From assembly GCA_963770835.1 (NCBI GenBank), contig CAVYRH010000007.1, forward strand, positions 25,076 to 89,075: a DNA stretch of 64,000 nt. Direction: 5' to 3'. The position numbers were made by a program, and so were the translations under genes. Numbering within the stretch: the first letter of the stretch is position 1; each line of letters opens with the position of its first letter. Below the pieces are notes generated by a model. It saw nothing but the letters and a program-made list of their open reading frames with translations. It was not told the DNA's origin and searched no databases. Of the stretch, positions 20,969-30,090 are shown in pieces. The DNA is from an uncultured Pseudomonadota bacterium. Its GTDB lineage: Bacteria; Oederibacteriota; Muellerivitia; Muellerivitales; Muellerivitaceae.

Positions 20969-23170
20969 GTGGCGCTCAAGGACATGCCCATCCGGCGAAA
21001 ATTGATGGCGGTCAATCTGCTCACCAGCGGCGCGGTGCTGCTGCTGACTTGCGCGGCCTTCACCACTTATGAAATCGTCACGCTGCGCAAGGGCATGGTG
21101 GATGGCTACCGGACGAGGGCTGAAATCATTGCCGCCAACTCCACGGCGGCGCTGGCCTTCCAAAACGAGGCGGATGCCGCCGATGTGCTGGCCGTGCTTA
21201 AAACCGACCCCCGGGTCACAGGGGCCTGCCTTTATGACAGCCAGGGAAAATTATTCGCGAAGTATCCGGCCGGTGCCCCTGCCTGGGTTTTTCCCGCCAG
21301 TCCGGGCGAATCCGGCTACCGGGGCGGGCATTTGGAAGTCTTCTGTCCCATCGTCCAAGGGGACCGGAAACTCGGCACAGTCTATATCCAATCGGACTTG
21401 TCAGCCCTGACAGACCGGTATTCCGCCTATGCCTGGCTTTCGGTCGCCATCATTCTTGGTTCCATCCTGACCGCTTTTCTGCTTTCCAGGACCTTGGAAA
21501 AGCAAATCTCCAGGCCTGTCCTGGCCTTGGCCAAGGTAGCCATTGCCGTCTCCGACCACCGGAACTTCTCGGTTCGCGCCCAAAAGTTCAGCGAAGACGA
21601 ATTGGGGTCGCTGACCGACGCCTTCAACCAGATGCTCGGGGAGATTCAGGCCCAAAACCAGGCGCTCGAGGCCTCCGAGGCCAATTACCGGGAAATTTTT
21701 GAGAAGGCCAACGACGGTATTATTATTACGGATCCCGAAACATCCGCGAATCCTATCGTGGATATGAATCCCCGGCTGGAACGAATGACCGGTTTTACCC
21801 TGGAGGAATATAAAAAAGTCCCGGTGGAAAAACTGTTCACCAAAGAACTTGGTTTTACCCCGGAGGATTACGGGGTTTTAGCCAAGAAGGCCCTGGCCGA
21901 AGGCCCCCAACTCTTCGAATGGCTGGCGCTTCACAAGGACGGACATACCTATTGGATTGAAGTAAGCCTCCAGAAGGCCATCTTGGCCGGTAAAACCCGG
22001 TTAATTGCTTTTATCCGCGATATCTCTGAGCGTAAGCAACTGGAGGAAATCCTCCAGACCCGGGATTTCATCACCTCCGTCCTCGAGAACCTGCCCAATA
22101 TGGTTTTCGTCAAGAATGCCAAGGACCTGCGTTTCGTCATGTTCAACAAAGCGGGCGAGGAACTCTTGGGGGTCCAGCGGGCCGACATCATCGGCAAGAA
22201 CGATTATGACTTCTTCCCCGGGGAACAAGCGGATTTTTTCACCTCCAAGGACCGGGCGGTATTGAACAGCGGAAAAGTCCTGGACATACCGGAGGAGTCC
22301 ATTGACACGAAGGCCAACGGGAAAAGGATATTGCACACCAAAAAAATCCCGATCCGGGACAAGGAGGGGACCCCTCAATACCTCCTCGGCATCTCGGAGG
22401 ACATCACGGAGGAAAAACGGCAGCAAGAATTAAGGATGTACACCCAGGCCCTGGAAGTGAGCAACAAGGAACTGCAGGATTTCGTTTTCGTGGCTTCCCA
22501 CGACCTGCAGGAACCCTTGAGGAAAATCCAGTCTTTCGCCAATTTCCTGGCCGAGGAATACGGCGCCGCCCTCGAGGGCAACGGCAAGGATTACCTGGAG
22601 CGCATGCGGTCGGCCGCGGGCCGCATGCAGACCCTCATCAACGACCTTTTGTCCCTCACCCGGGTCACCACCAAGGCCCAGCCCTTTCTTCCCGTCGACC
22701 TTTCCCAAGTGATCCGGGATGTCCTGGAAGACCTGGAAACCAAGATCGGGGAAAAAGGCGCCCAAATTCACGTGGGGCCCCTTCCAACCCTGAAAGCGGA
22801 TGCCACCCAAATACGGCAATTGTTCCAGAACCTCATCGGGAACGCATTGAAATACCAAAAGCCGGGTGTCCCGCCCCAAATCAAAATCAGCGCTTCCTTG
22901 GGCGGACCGGCGGGACCTCCACTTGGATTTTGCCGCATCCTAGTGGAGGATAACGGCATCGGATTCGACAACCAATACGCGGAGCAGATTTTCAAAGTGT
23001 TTGAAAGGCTTCACGGGCGGGAGGAGTATGAGGGAACGGGGATAGGTTTGGCGATATGCCGGAAAGTAGTGGAACGGCACGGCGGCACCATCCGCGCCGA
23101 AGGGACGATTGGAAAGGGCAGCCTCTTCACGGTGGAACTGCCGCTCGGGCCAAAAACTAATGGAGGATAG
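20969..23170 (+). CDS. membrane sensor kinase: YfiN-like periplasmic sensor-HAMP-PAS-PAS-HK
   Basis: IRRKL TM1, IIAANSTAALAF periplasmic domain, TM2, HAMP DELGSLTDAFNQML, ASHDLQEPLRKI, GTGIGLAIC. Confidence 0.9.
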   Translation: MALKDMPIRRKLMAVNLLTSGAVLLLTCAAFTTYEIVTLRKGMVDGYRTRAEIIAANSTAALAFQNEADAADVLAVLKTDPRVTGACLYDSQGKLFAKYPAGAPAWVFPASPGESGYRGGHLEVFCPIVQGDRKLGTVYIQSDLSALTDRYSAYAWLSVAIILGSILTAFLLSRTLEKQISRPVLALAKVAIAVSDHRNFSVRAQKFSEDELGSLTDAFNQMLGEIQAQNQALEASEANYREIFEKANDGIIITDPETSANPIVDMNPRLERMTGFTLEEYKKVPVEKLFTKELGFTPEDYGVLAKKALAEGPQLFEWLALHKDGHTYWIEVSLQKAILAGKTRLIAFIRDISERKQLEEILQTRDFITSVLENLPNMVFVKNAKDLRFVMFNKAGEELLGVQRADIIGKNDYDFFPGEQADFFTSKDRAVLNSGKVLDIPEESIDTKANGKRILHTKKIPIRDKEGTPQYLLGISEDITEEKRQQELRMYTQALEVSNKELQDFVFVASHDLQEPLRKIQSFANFLAEEYGAALEGNGKDYLERMRSAAGRMQTLINDLLSLTRVTTKAQPFLPVDLSQVIRDVLEDLETKIGEKGAQIHVGPLPTLKADATQIRQLFQNLIGNALKYQKPGVPPQIKISASLGGPAGPPLGFCRILVEDNGIGFDNQYAEQIFKVFERLHGREEYEGTGIGLAICRKVVERHGGTIRAEGTIGKGSLFTVELPLGPKTNGG

Positions 23171-23171
23171 G

Positions 23172-23642
23172 ATGACACAAGCTGAAAAAAATTCGATGCC
23201 GATATTGATGGTCGACGACGACAAGGACGACCGGATGATCACGGAGAAGGCGCTCCGGAAAAGCCGGGTGGTCAACCCTATCATCTTCCTCGTGGATGGG
23301 GAAGAATTGATGGATTACCTCAAGCGAAAGGGCAAATTTTCCGGCTTGGGCACCGCCTCCAGGCCTTGTTTCATCCTCCTGGACTTGAACATGCCCAAGA
23401 TGGACGGCCGCAAGGTGCTCCTTTTCATCAAGGCGGACCCGGACCTGAAAAATATCCCTGTTGTGGTGCTGACCACTTCCAAAGCCGAAGAAGATATTGT
23501 CCGAAGCTATAATTTGGGGGCCAACTCCTTCATCACCAAACCGGTTAATTTCGAGGGACTGGTGAGCTTGATGGAATCCTTGAAGAATTACTGGCTGGAG
23601 ATCGTCGAACTGCCTCCCGGAAACGGACACGCGCCGCAATGA
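23172..23642 (+). CDS. single-domain response regulator (Rcp1-like)
   Basis: ATG 23172 after GGAGG; ILMVDDD, ILLDLNMPKMDG, GANSFITKP. Confidence 0.92.
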   Translation: MTQAEKNSMPILMVDDDKDDRMITEKALRKSRVVNPIIFLVDGEELMDYLKRKGKFSGLGTASRPCFILLDLNMPKMDGRKVLLFIKADPDLKNIPVVVLTTSKAEEDIVRSYNLGANSFITKPVNFEGLVSLMESLKNYWLEIVELPPGNGHAPQ

Positions 23643-26329
23643 CCGAAAAACCCATTCGGGTCCTGTTGGTGGAGGATGACAACGAGGACTTCCTGATCAT
23701 CCAAAAAATGCTCACGGTCGTCAAAAAAAAGTGCTTTGAGCTGGACCGGGTTTCCACCTATAAGGCCGCCATCCAGAAGCTGGAACAGAGGGATCATGAC
23801 GTCTGCCTGCTGGATTACCGGCTGGAGGGACGGAACGGACTGGACTTGCTCAAGGAAGCGGCCCTCAAGGGGCACACCATCCCTATTATTTTCCTCACGG
23901 GCCAGGGGGAACACGAGGTGGACGTGGAAGCCATCCAATTAGGCGCCGCGGACTTTCTCTACAAGAACAAGATTGACGGCGACATGCTGGAACGGTCGGT
24001 GCGCTACGCCCTGGAGCGGCACAAAGCGGAGGAAAACCGGATCCGTCTGGCCGCTATCGTGGAATCCTCCGAGGACGCGATTTATTCGGTCACCCTTGAG
24101 GGGGTCATCCTCAGTTGGAACGCGGGCGCCCAGCGGGTTTACGGGTTTGCCGCCGAAGAGGCGGGGGGGCGGCATATATCGCTCGTTCTTTCCCCGGCCC
24201 AAGAGAAGGAATTCACCGCGTTTTTATCGATGGTTCGGGAAGGGAAGGCCGTCATCAACGCCATGGCCGCTCACCGAACCAAACAAGGCAAGGACGTCCT
24301 GCTTTCCCTGACCCTATCACCCATTCGAAACCCCTTAGGCCAGGTCGTCCGGGCCTCCGTGGTGGCCCGGGACATCACCGAAAGCGAAAAATCGAAGGCC
24401 CTCCAAGAGATGCTTCGGGGCGAACGCGACCAGCTCTTGGAACGCCTCCAACTGCAAATGCAAATCATGCCCATTGCCTTTCTTGTCTTGGACCATGATT
24501 TCAACATTACCTATTGGAATCCCGCGGCCGGAAGGATTTTTGGGTACGACTTCCCCGAAGTGGAAGGGAAGTCCGTCACCCTCCTGCTGGCGGATTCGGA
24601 AAAAGCAGAAGTCGAACAAACCATCCAAAAGGTCAAAGCCGGCTACACCCCTCCCCATGGCAGCATCCGCAAGATCCGGCAAAAGAAGGGAACCTTCATC
24701 ACTTGCGAGTTCTACAACGGGACCCTTAAGGATTCGGAGGGCTATTTAACGGGTACGATGGTCATGGCCATCGACATCACCGAACGCCGCAAGGCCGAGG
24801 AAGTCCAATCCCAATTGGCCGCTATCCTCCAACAAACCCCCGATGCGGTCATTGGAGTGGATTTGGAAGGACGGATTTTCAATTGGAACCGGGGCGCGGA
24901 AATGTTATATGGCTATTCCTTCGATGAAATCGTCGGGCAACAAGTGTCGCTATTGGTGCCGCCGGACCGCCAGGAGGAATCCCAAAAAATCACCCAGGCC
25001 GCAAGCCAGGGTGAAGTTGTGCAGGGGTTCGAGACTGTCCAGATTAAAAAAAACGGGGACTTGGTGGATGTTTCCCTTACGTTGTCCCCCATCAAAGAAA
25101 GCCGGGGCAAGAGTATTGGTATTTCGGCGGTCATCCGTGACATTACGGAACGCAAAAAAGCCGAGGATTCACTCCGTAAGCATGAGGAACAACTGCGGTT
25201 GGTGGAAAAAATGAACGCCATCGGCCGCCTGGCGGGGGGGGTGGCCCACGATTTCAACAACCTGTTAAGCGTGATCGGCGGCAATGCCGAATTTTTGATC
25301 GGGAACCTGGAGAAGGACAGCCCCCAACTGGAAGAATTGGGGGAAATCCAAAAAGCCGTGCGGCGGGGAGCCGACCTGACCAAGCAATTGCTGGTCTTTG
25401 GCCAGAAACAGGTGGTCCAACCCCAGCCCGTCAACTTGAACGACCTCGGCGCGGAAATGAACAAAATGCTCAAACGCCTGATCGACGCCAACATTGACCT
25501 CGCTATTATCCAAGATAAGGACCTCAAGCCCATCCTGGCCGACCCGGGGCAAATACAGCAGGTCATCCTGAATCTGGTATTGAACTCACGCGACGCCATG
25601 CCCGAAGGCGGGCATTTGATCATCGAAACCAAGAACCTGGAGTCCGCCCAAATGGAACGGGAAAAAAGGCCCACTTTGCCCATAGGGGATTACGTGCGCC
25701 TGAGTGTGACGGACACGGGAACAGGAATGAGCCAGGAAATTCAAAAGCACGTTTTTGAGCCTTTTTTCACAACTAAGGCGGGGAAGGGAACGGGGCTAGG
25801 ATTGGCCAGCGTCTATGGCATCGTCCGCAAGTGGAGCGGGCATATCTTCCTTTACAGCGCTCCCGGGATGGGAAGCACTTTCACGCTTTATTTTCCCGCC
25901 CTGCAGGAAGCTGAAACCACGCCAGCCAAGGCCCAGCCAACCGCTTCCATTTCACAGGGGACAGAGACCATCCTTTTGGCCGAGGATGAGGAACCGGTAA
26001 GAAAAATCATCGTCCGAACCCTTAAAAAATACGGTTACGAGGTGATTGAAGCTAAAAACGGCATTGACGCCGTCCAAAAGGCATGGGAGTACAAGAAGGC
26101 AATCCATCTTCTTTTGACCGACACGGTTATGCCGAAGATGAACGGGAAAGAATTGGCGGATGAAATCCAAAAAGGCCGCCCGGAAACGAAAGTGCTTTTC
26201 ATTTCCGGTTATCCCCGCGAAATTCTTTCCCAACAGGGCATTTTGGACTCCGAGATTCGCCTTGTCCAAAAACCGTTCGAACAGGACGATTTGGTCATGA
26301 AAATCCGGGAAGTCCTCGATGAAAGATAA
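23639..26329 (+). CDS. REC-PAS-PAS-PAS-HK-REC hybrid histidine kinase
   Basis: N-terminal receiver, three PAS domains, LAGGVAHDFNNLL H-box, FEPFFTTK..GTGLGL, C-terminal receiver. Confidence 0.93.
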   Translation: MTEKPIRVLLVEDDNEDFLIIQKMLTVVKKKCFELDRVSTYKAAIQKLEQRDHDVCLLDYRLEGRNGLDLLKEAALKGHTIPIIFLTGQGEHEVDVEAIQLGAADFLYKNKIDGDMLERSVRYALERHKAEENRIRLAAIVESSEDAIYSVTLEGVILSWNAGAQRVYGFAAEEAGGRHISLVLSPAQEKEFTAFLSMVREGKAVINAMAAHRTKQGKDVLLSLTLSPIRNPLGQVVRASVVARDITESEKSKALQEMLRGERDQLLERLQLQMQIMPIAFLVLDHDFNITYWNPAAGRIFGYDFPEVEGKSVTLLLADSEKAEVEQTIQKVKAGYTPPHGSIRKIRQKKGTFITCEFYNGTLKDSEGYLTGTMVMAIDITERRKAEEVQSQLAAILQQTPDAVIGVDLEGRIFNWNRGAEMLYGYSFDEIVGQQVSLLVPPDRQEESQKITQAASQGEVVQGFETVQIKKNGDLVDVSLTLSPIKESRGKSIGISAVIRDITERKKAEDSLRKHEEQLRLVEKMNAIGRLAGGVAHDFNNLLSVIGGNAEFLIGNLEKDSPQLEELGEIQKAVRRGADLTKQLLVFGQKQVVQPQPVNLNDLGAEMNKMLKRLIDANIDLAIIQDKDLKPILADPGQIQQVILNLVLNSRDAMPEGGHLIIETKNLESAQMEREKRPTLPIGDYVRLSVTDTGTGMSQEIQKHVFEPFFTTKAGKGTGLGLASVYGIVRKWSGHIFLYSAPGMGSTFTLYFPALQEAETTPAKAQPTASISQGTETILLAEDEEPVRKIIVRTLKKYGYEVIEAKNGIDAVQKAWEYKKAIHLLLTDTVMPKMNGKELADEIQKGRPETKVLFISGYPREILSQQGILDSEIRLVQKPFEQDDLVMKIREVLDER

Positions 26330-26359
26330 CGGGCTGACGGAGATGAATTGGGCGGGGGC

Positions 26360-26842
26360 CTAGTCCTTCAACCAGAGCCTTATTTCCAGCGGAAACCCTT
26401 CCACTTCCATGCCACAAGAGGCATGGGGAGCGCTTGGCGGCCAATCCTCGGGTGTGGACGGCGAGGGGCGGATGGGGCCGATTTGGAAGGAATCGGGGTT
26501 CCAAAAGTCATGGAAAAGATAAAGACAATAAAGCGAAACCATTTCCTCAAATATTTCTTCCGGGTTGTAACGGCCCATGACGGTGTTTTCCCTCAGGCCC
26601 CGAAGCCAATATAAAAATTCGGTCGTGGTTCGAAGCACCAAAACACCCCGCAAAGTTCCCGTCAAAATCACCCTGCGTTCCACGGGAAGATCGGCCGTCC
26701 CGGCCGGGTTTAAAGTGAGGGGATGAACCTTTTCAGCTCCCCAGGCCCGGATAATCCGCTCAAAAAGACGGCCCGGATCGAAAAAATGGAACCGGAAAGC
26801 GCCTGGCGGGTTTCTGTGAGTCTCATCCATGGTCATGTCCAT
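26360..26842 (-). CDS. CheX-like protein, divergent (paralog 2)
   Basis: ILTGTLRGVLVLR, EIFEEMVSLYCLYL, GPIRP and EGFPLEIRLW follow the order of CheX elements; ExxN is ExxS. Confidence 0.6.
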   Translation of the reverse strand: MDMTMDETHRNPPGAFRFHFFDPGRLFERIIRAWGAEKVHPLTLNPAGTADLPVERRVILTGTLRGVLVLRTTTEFLYWLRGLRENTVMGRYNPEEIFEEMVSLYCLYLFHDFWNPDSFQIGPIRPSPSTPEDWPPSAPHASCGMEVEGFPLEIRLWLKD

Positions 26843-26873
26843 TCTTTTTCCTTTCCCAATCTATCCGAAGGAA

Positions 26874-27365
26874 TTAGTCCGCCCAAAAACGGATTTCCAA
26901 GGGATGGGTGTCCACCAAAAGCTGGCAGGTGGCATTGGGGTCCCGGGGCGGCCAATCCCTCGGAGCCGAAGGCCGGGGAAGGATCAATCCCAACTCGAAA
27001 AGTTCTGAAACCCAAAAGTTCTGTACCAGGTAAATGCAATAAAGGGTGGCCATTTCGTTGAAAAGTTCCCTCCCGCTGCCGGACCGTGGCAGTTTGGAAT
27101 TCCGTTTTTCCTCGAGCCACTTCAGAAAGGACCGTTGGCAACGGATGACGAGAATGCCGGACAGGGAGCCTTTCCACCGGATTTTTATTTCCTCCGGCAT
27201 GTCTTCCCGGTCTTCCAGGGCTTGGCCGTTGTACTCGGCATCGCCCCCGGCCCAATATTGAACGAATCCCCGGAAAAGCGTGGAAAGGTCCATGGAGCGA
27301 GGCATAAAAAGGGGAGGAGTGAAATTTAAATTTTCTTGTTGGATCTCGGCTAGGGTTTCGACCAT
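26874..27365 (-). CDS. CheX-like protein, divergent (paralog 1)
   Basis: IRWKGSLSGILVIR, ELFNEMATLYCIYL, GLILP, DWPP and HPLEIRFW; clearly paralogous to the neighbour; ExxN is ExxT. Confidence 0.6.
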   Translation of the reverse strand: MVETLAEIQQENLNFTPPLFMPRSMDLSTLFRGFVQYWAGGDAEYNGQALEDREDMPEEIKIRWKGSLSGILVIRCQRSFLKWLEEKRNSKLPRSGSGRELFNEMATLYCIYLVQNFWVSELFELGLILPRPSAPRDWPPRDPNATCQLLVDTHPLEIRFWAD

Positions 27366-27406
27366 GGCTCGCCTCGTTTCGGGATTGATGACATAACCGT
27401 TTATAG

Positions 27407-27423
27407 AGCAAAGGAGATGCCAA
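27407..27423 (-). promoter_or_regulatory. sigma54 -24/-12 promoter for the CheX-like pair
   Basis: Minus strand TTGGCATCTCCTTTGCT (GG-N10-GC), about 40 nt before ATG 27365. Confidence 0.75.
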
Positions 27424-27474
27424 TCGGAGGCCGCTTAATATTAGGGTTTTGTTGAGTGTAAATAGAAAAGTGAA

Positions 27475-27507
27475 CTGAAATGCTTTCCCAGGGGGTAAAA
27501 AAGGAAC
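27475..27507. promoter_or_regulatory. putative degenerate tandem upstream activator boxes
   Basis: CTGAAATGCTTTCCC-agg-GGGTAAAAAAGGAAC, 18-nt period; only half-site matches to the box at 29998. Confidence 0.4.
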
Positions 27508-27704
27508 AAAGTTGTGTGGGCCGTTTACCTAAATTTTTTAAACGAATCTTGGATCACCGGATGGCTAATGCTTACTGGAAAAAAGAGTAAAAATCATACA
27601 AACGAATTCTCCTATTCCTCAAATGATCAAGAAGATAGGTTGCTTCCGGATTTCCCAAAAACATGTGAGAAAGGGATGTTGTGCCGCTTCATCCATCAGG
27701 AGTC

Positions 27705-28094
27705 TCAAGCCACCGCGGTGGCTTTTTCGGCCAGGATTTCTTTAATCTTGTTCTTTAAGGCGTCCATGTTTACCGGTTTGTCGAAGAAACCGCTAATGTT
27801 GAAGCCTTTCAAGGCGAAGTCATTTTCCATTCCCTTAAAAGCCGAGGCTACCACGATGGGGAGGTAGGGGTGATCCTCGCGCACATGGGGGATCATCTCC
27901 ATCGCGTGCATGTCGGGCATCTTGATGTCGGTCATGAGGAGATCCACGTGGACATCCTCCAGGATTCCCAGGACCTGGAGACCGTTGTCGGCGGTCAAAA
28001 TACGGTAACCCTCCTCCGACAATTCCTCCAAATAAAGAAACCGGGAGGCTTCCTCGTCTTCCGCCACCAGGATGGTATAAATGGGTTTTTTCAT
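27705..28094 (-). CDS. single-domain response regulator
   Basis: ILVAEDE, LMTDIKMPDM, FFDKP; AGAGGAGG RBS. Confidence 0.92.
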   Translation of the reverse strand: MKKPIYTILVAEDEEASRFLYLEELSEEGYRILTADNGLQVLGILEDVHVDLLMTDIKMPDMHAMEMIPHVREDHPYLPIVVASAFKGMENDFALKGFNISGFFDKPVNMDALKNKIKEILAEKATAVA

Positions 28095-28113
28095 GACCGC
28101 CTCCTCTTAAAAG

Positions 28114-29901
28114 TTATTCTTCCCCAAGGGGAATGTAAAAAGTAAAAGTGCTTCCTTTTCCAAGCTCGCTTTCCACGTCCAGGTTCCCTCCGTGGGCCGC
28201 GATGATCTTATGGCAGATGCTTAAACCCAATCCCGTACCGGTGATTTTGGTTGTGAAAAAGGGGTGAAAGAGTTTTGAAAGGTTCTCTTTTGGGATCCCA
28301 CAACCCGTATCCCCAACCGAGATCGCCACCATTTTTTGCTGGAGGAACAGCTGTTGGAAGAGGAACCCTTCCCCTTTTCCTTGGGCTTCCGGGACCAAAC
28401 CCTCGATCAAGCGGGTTTTGAGGAACAATTTGCCACCCCGGGGAGTGGCTTGGATGGCGTTCAACATGAGGTTTAACGCCACTTGGCGTACTTTCGGGAT
28501 GTCGGCGGCGACCTGGGGCAATAGAGGGCTGAGGCTCTTTTCCATGGTCATTCCTGCGTTTTCGATCTTCTCGTTGAGGAATGAGGCGGTTTCCTCCAAC
28601 AGCTGATTCATGTCCGCAGGGGTTTTGTGGAGCTGGTCCGGCCGGCTGTATTCCAGGACATCATTGACGATACCATCCATCCGTTTGACCTCCTCGGCGA
28701 TGATATCGGCGTATTTCTTGAGGGTGGGGTCGTTGAGCTTGACCGAAAGCCTCTTGGAAAAACCGCTGATGGCGTTCAGCGGATTCTTGATTTCGTGGGC
28801 CACACCCGCGGCCATCTCCCCCAGGGCGGAGAAACGCTCGGAACGCAACAGCTGGGTCTCCATTTGGCGGAGAAGGGTCATGTCCCTCAACGTAGCGATG
28901 GCCCCGATGATTTCGCCGTTTCCACCCCGCAGGACAGAGGTTTCCAGAGTGACAGGAACAACCTCGAAGCGGGTGGTGTTTAGTTCTAAGTGGTCCTGCA
29001 CGAAGCTTCTTTCCTCCTCAAGGGTCCGCCGCAAGGCAACGGAGACCGGTTTTAATTCCTCGGGCAGTTCCTCGAGGGTTTTTTCCGCTATTTCGGCCTC
29101 CACAAAACCCGTGATCTGGCGGGCTCCCGAGTTGAATGTCCGTATCTTCCCGTCCTTTCGGGCCACGATGATGCCGGTCTTGATGGAAGCCAGCACACAG
29201 TGGTGGTATTCCAAGAGGGATTTCAGCTTCCGGTTGGATTCCACGAATTTTTGGACCGAAGTATCCGCTTGTTCGGCCAGGAACTGGTTCATGCCCACGA
29301 GGTGTTTTTGGGCGTCCTTTTGTTTCTTGGTTTCCATGGCCAAATAACCGCTTAAGGAGGCCGCCACGAAAAGGAAGGGGAAACGCACCAGTACTTCGGT
29401 GTCGCCGGTGAGGAATTGGCCGGAGCTTTTCATTTGCAGGAAGCCGTAAAGGGAACAGGAAACGATCGCGATCCCGAAAACGCTTTTTACGTCCTGGGAA
29501 AGGGCGGAGATGAAGATGGTGGTGAATAAAATGAGGAAAAGGTCAACGTCCTTGATCCCCCCGAAGTAAATGCTGCCAGAAATGAAAAAAATATCGGCTA
29601 GAAAAATGGTGGAAAGGACGCTGTTTTTCTCGATCCACCGGGTTTTCAAAAGAGGCATGGCGATAATCGATAGGAAGTAAGCCGCCAAAAGAACTATTAT
29701 TCTCGGGCTGAAGAGGACGCCGGTATTCTGTTCTTTGAAATAAAGAAGCACGGTAATGGTGAGAAAAACCAGCAGCCGGAAGGACATCAGGATTTCCCGC
29801 TTGCCCATGTCGATCCGGCGTTTTTGCAAGTGGGCGGAACGTTGATCCAGATCCTCCACCCATCGATTGGCTTGAATGGTCCCCGCCAGAGAATTAATCA
29901 T
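28114..29901 (-). CDS. membrane PAS histidine kinase (NtrB/PilS-like)
   Basis: Multi-TM N-terminus, PAS, GEMAAGVAHEIKNPL, FHPFFTTKITGTGLGL; start uncertain (29901 or downstream). Confidence 0.9.
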   Translation of the reverse strand: MINSLAGTIQANRWVEDLDQRSAHLQKRRIDMGKREILMSFRLLVFLTITVLLYFKEQNTGVLFSPRIIVLLAAYFLSIIAMPLLKTRWIEKNSVLSTIFLADIFFISGSIYFGGIKDVDLFLILFTTIFISALSQDVKSVFGIAIVSCSLYGFLQMKSSGQFLTGDTEVLVRFPFLFVAASLSGYLAMETKKQKDAQKHLVGMNQFLAEQADTSVQKFVESNRKLKSLLEYHHCVLASIKTGIIVARKDGKIRTFNSGARQITGFVEAEIAEKTLEELPEELKPVSVALRRTLEEERSFVQDHLELNTTRFEVVPVTLETSVLRGGNGEIIGAIATLRDMTLLRQMETQLLRSERFSALGEMAAGVAHEIKNPLNAISGFSKRLSVKLNDPTLKKYADIIAEEVKRMDGIVNDVLEYSRPDQLHKTPADMNQLLEETASFLNEKIENAGMTMEKSLSPLLPQVAADIPKVRQVALNLMLNAIQATPRGGKLFLKTRLIEGLVPEAQGKGEGFLFQQLFLQQKMVAISVGDTGCGIPKENLSKLFHPFFTTKITGTGLGLSICHKIIAAHGGNLDVESELGKGSTFTFYIPLGEE

Positions 29902-29912
29902 GCCTTATGAAA

Positions 29913-29929
29913 GGCAATGGACGTGCCAA
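29913..29929 (-). promoter_or_regulatory. sigma54 -24/-12 promoter for the kinase-receiver pair
   Basis: Minus strand TTGGCACGTCCATTGCC, near-perfect TGGCACG-N4-TTGC. Confidence 0.85.
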
Positions 29930-29979
29930 AGAAAACCACATGTTTTAAGGAAAAATCGAGGGTGGAAGAGACAAGGCGG

Positions 29980-30012
29980 AGGAAGGTTTTTCACGTTGGG
30001 TAAATTTTACCC
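29980..30012. promoter_or_regulatory. putative upstream activator boxes
   Basis: Perfect palindrome GGGTAAATTTTACCC (29998-30012) with a weaker box AGGAAGGTTTTTCAC 18 nt away. Confidence 0.65.
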
Positions 30013-30090
30013 GCTTCTAAAGGGAAGGGAAAAGACAGTTGGCTTCACCACAGCGCTGTCACCCTTCGTTTGAAATCCTGGTTTGTTTTC

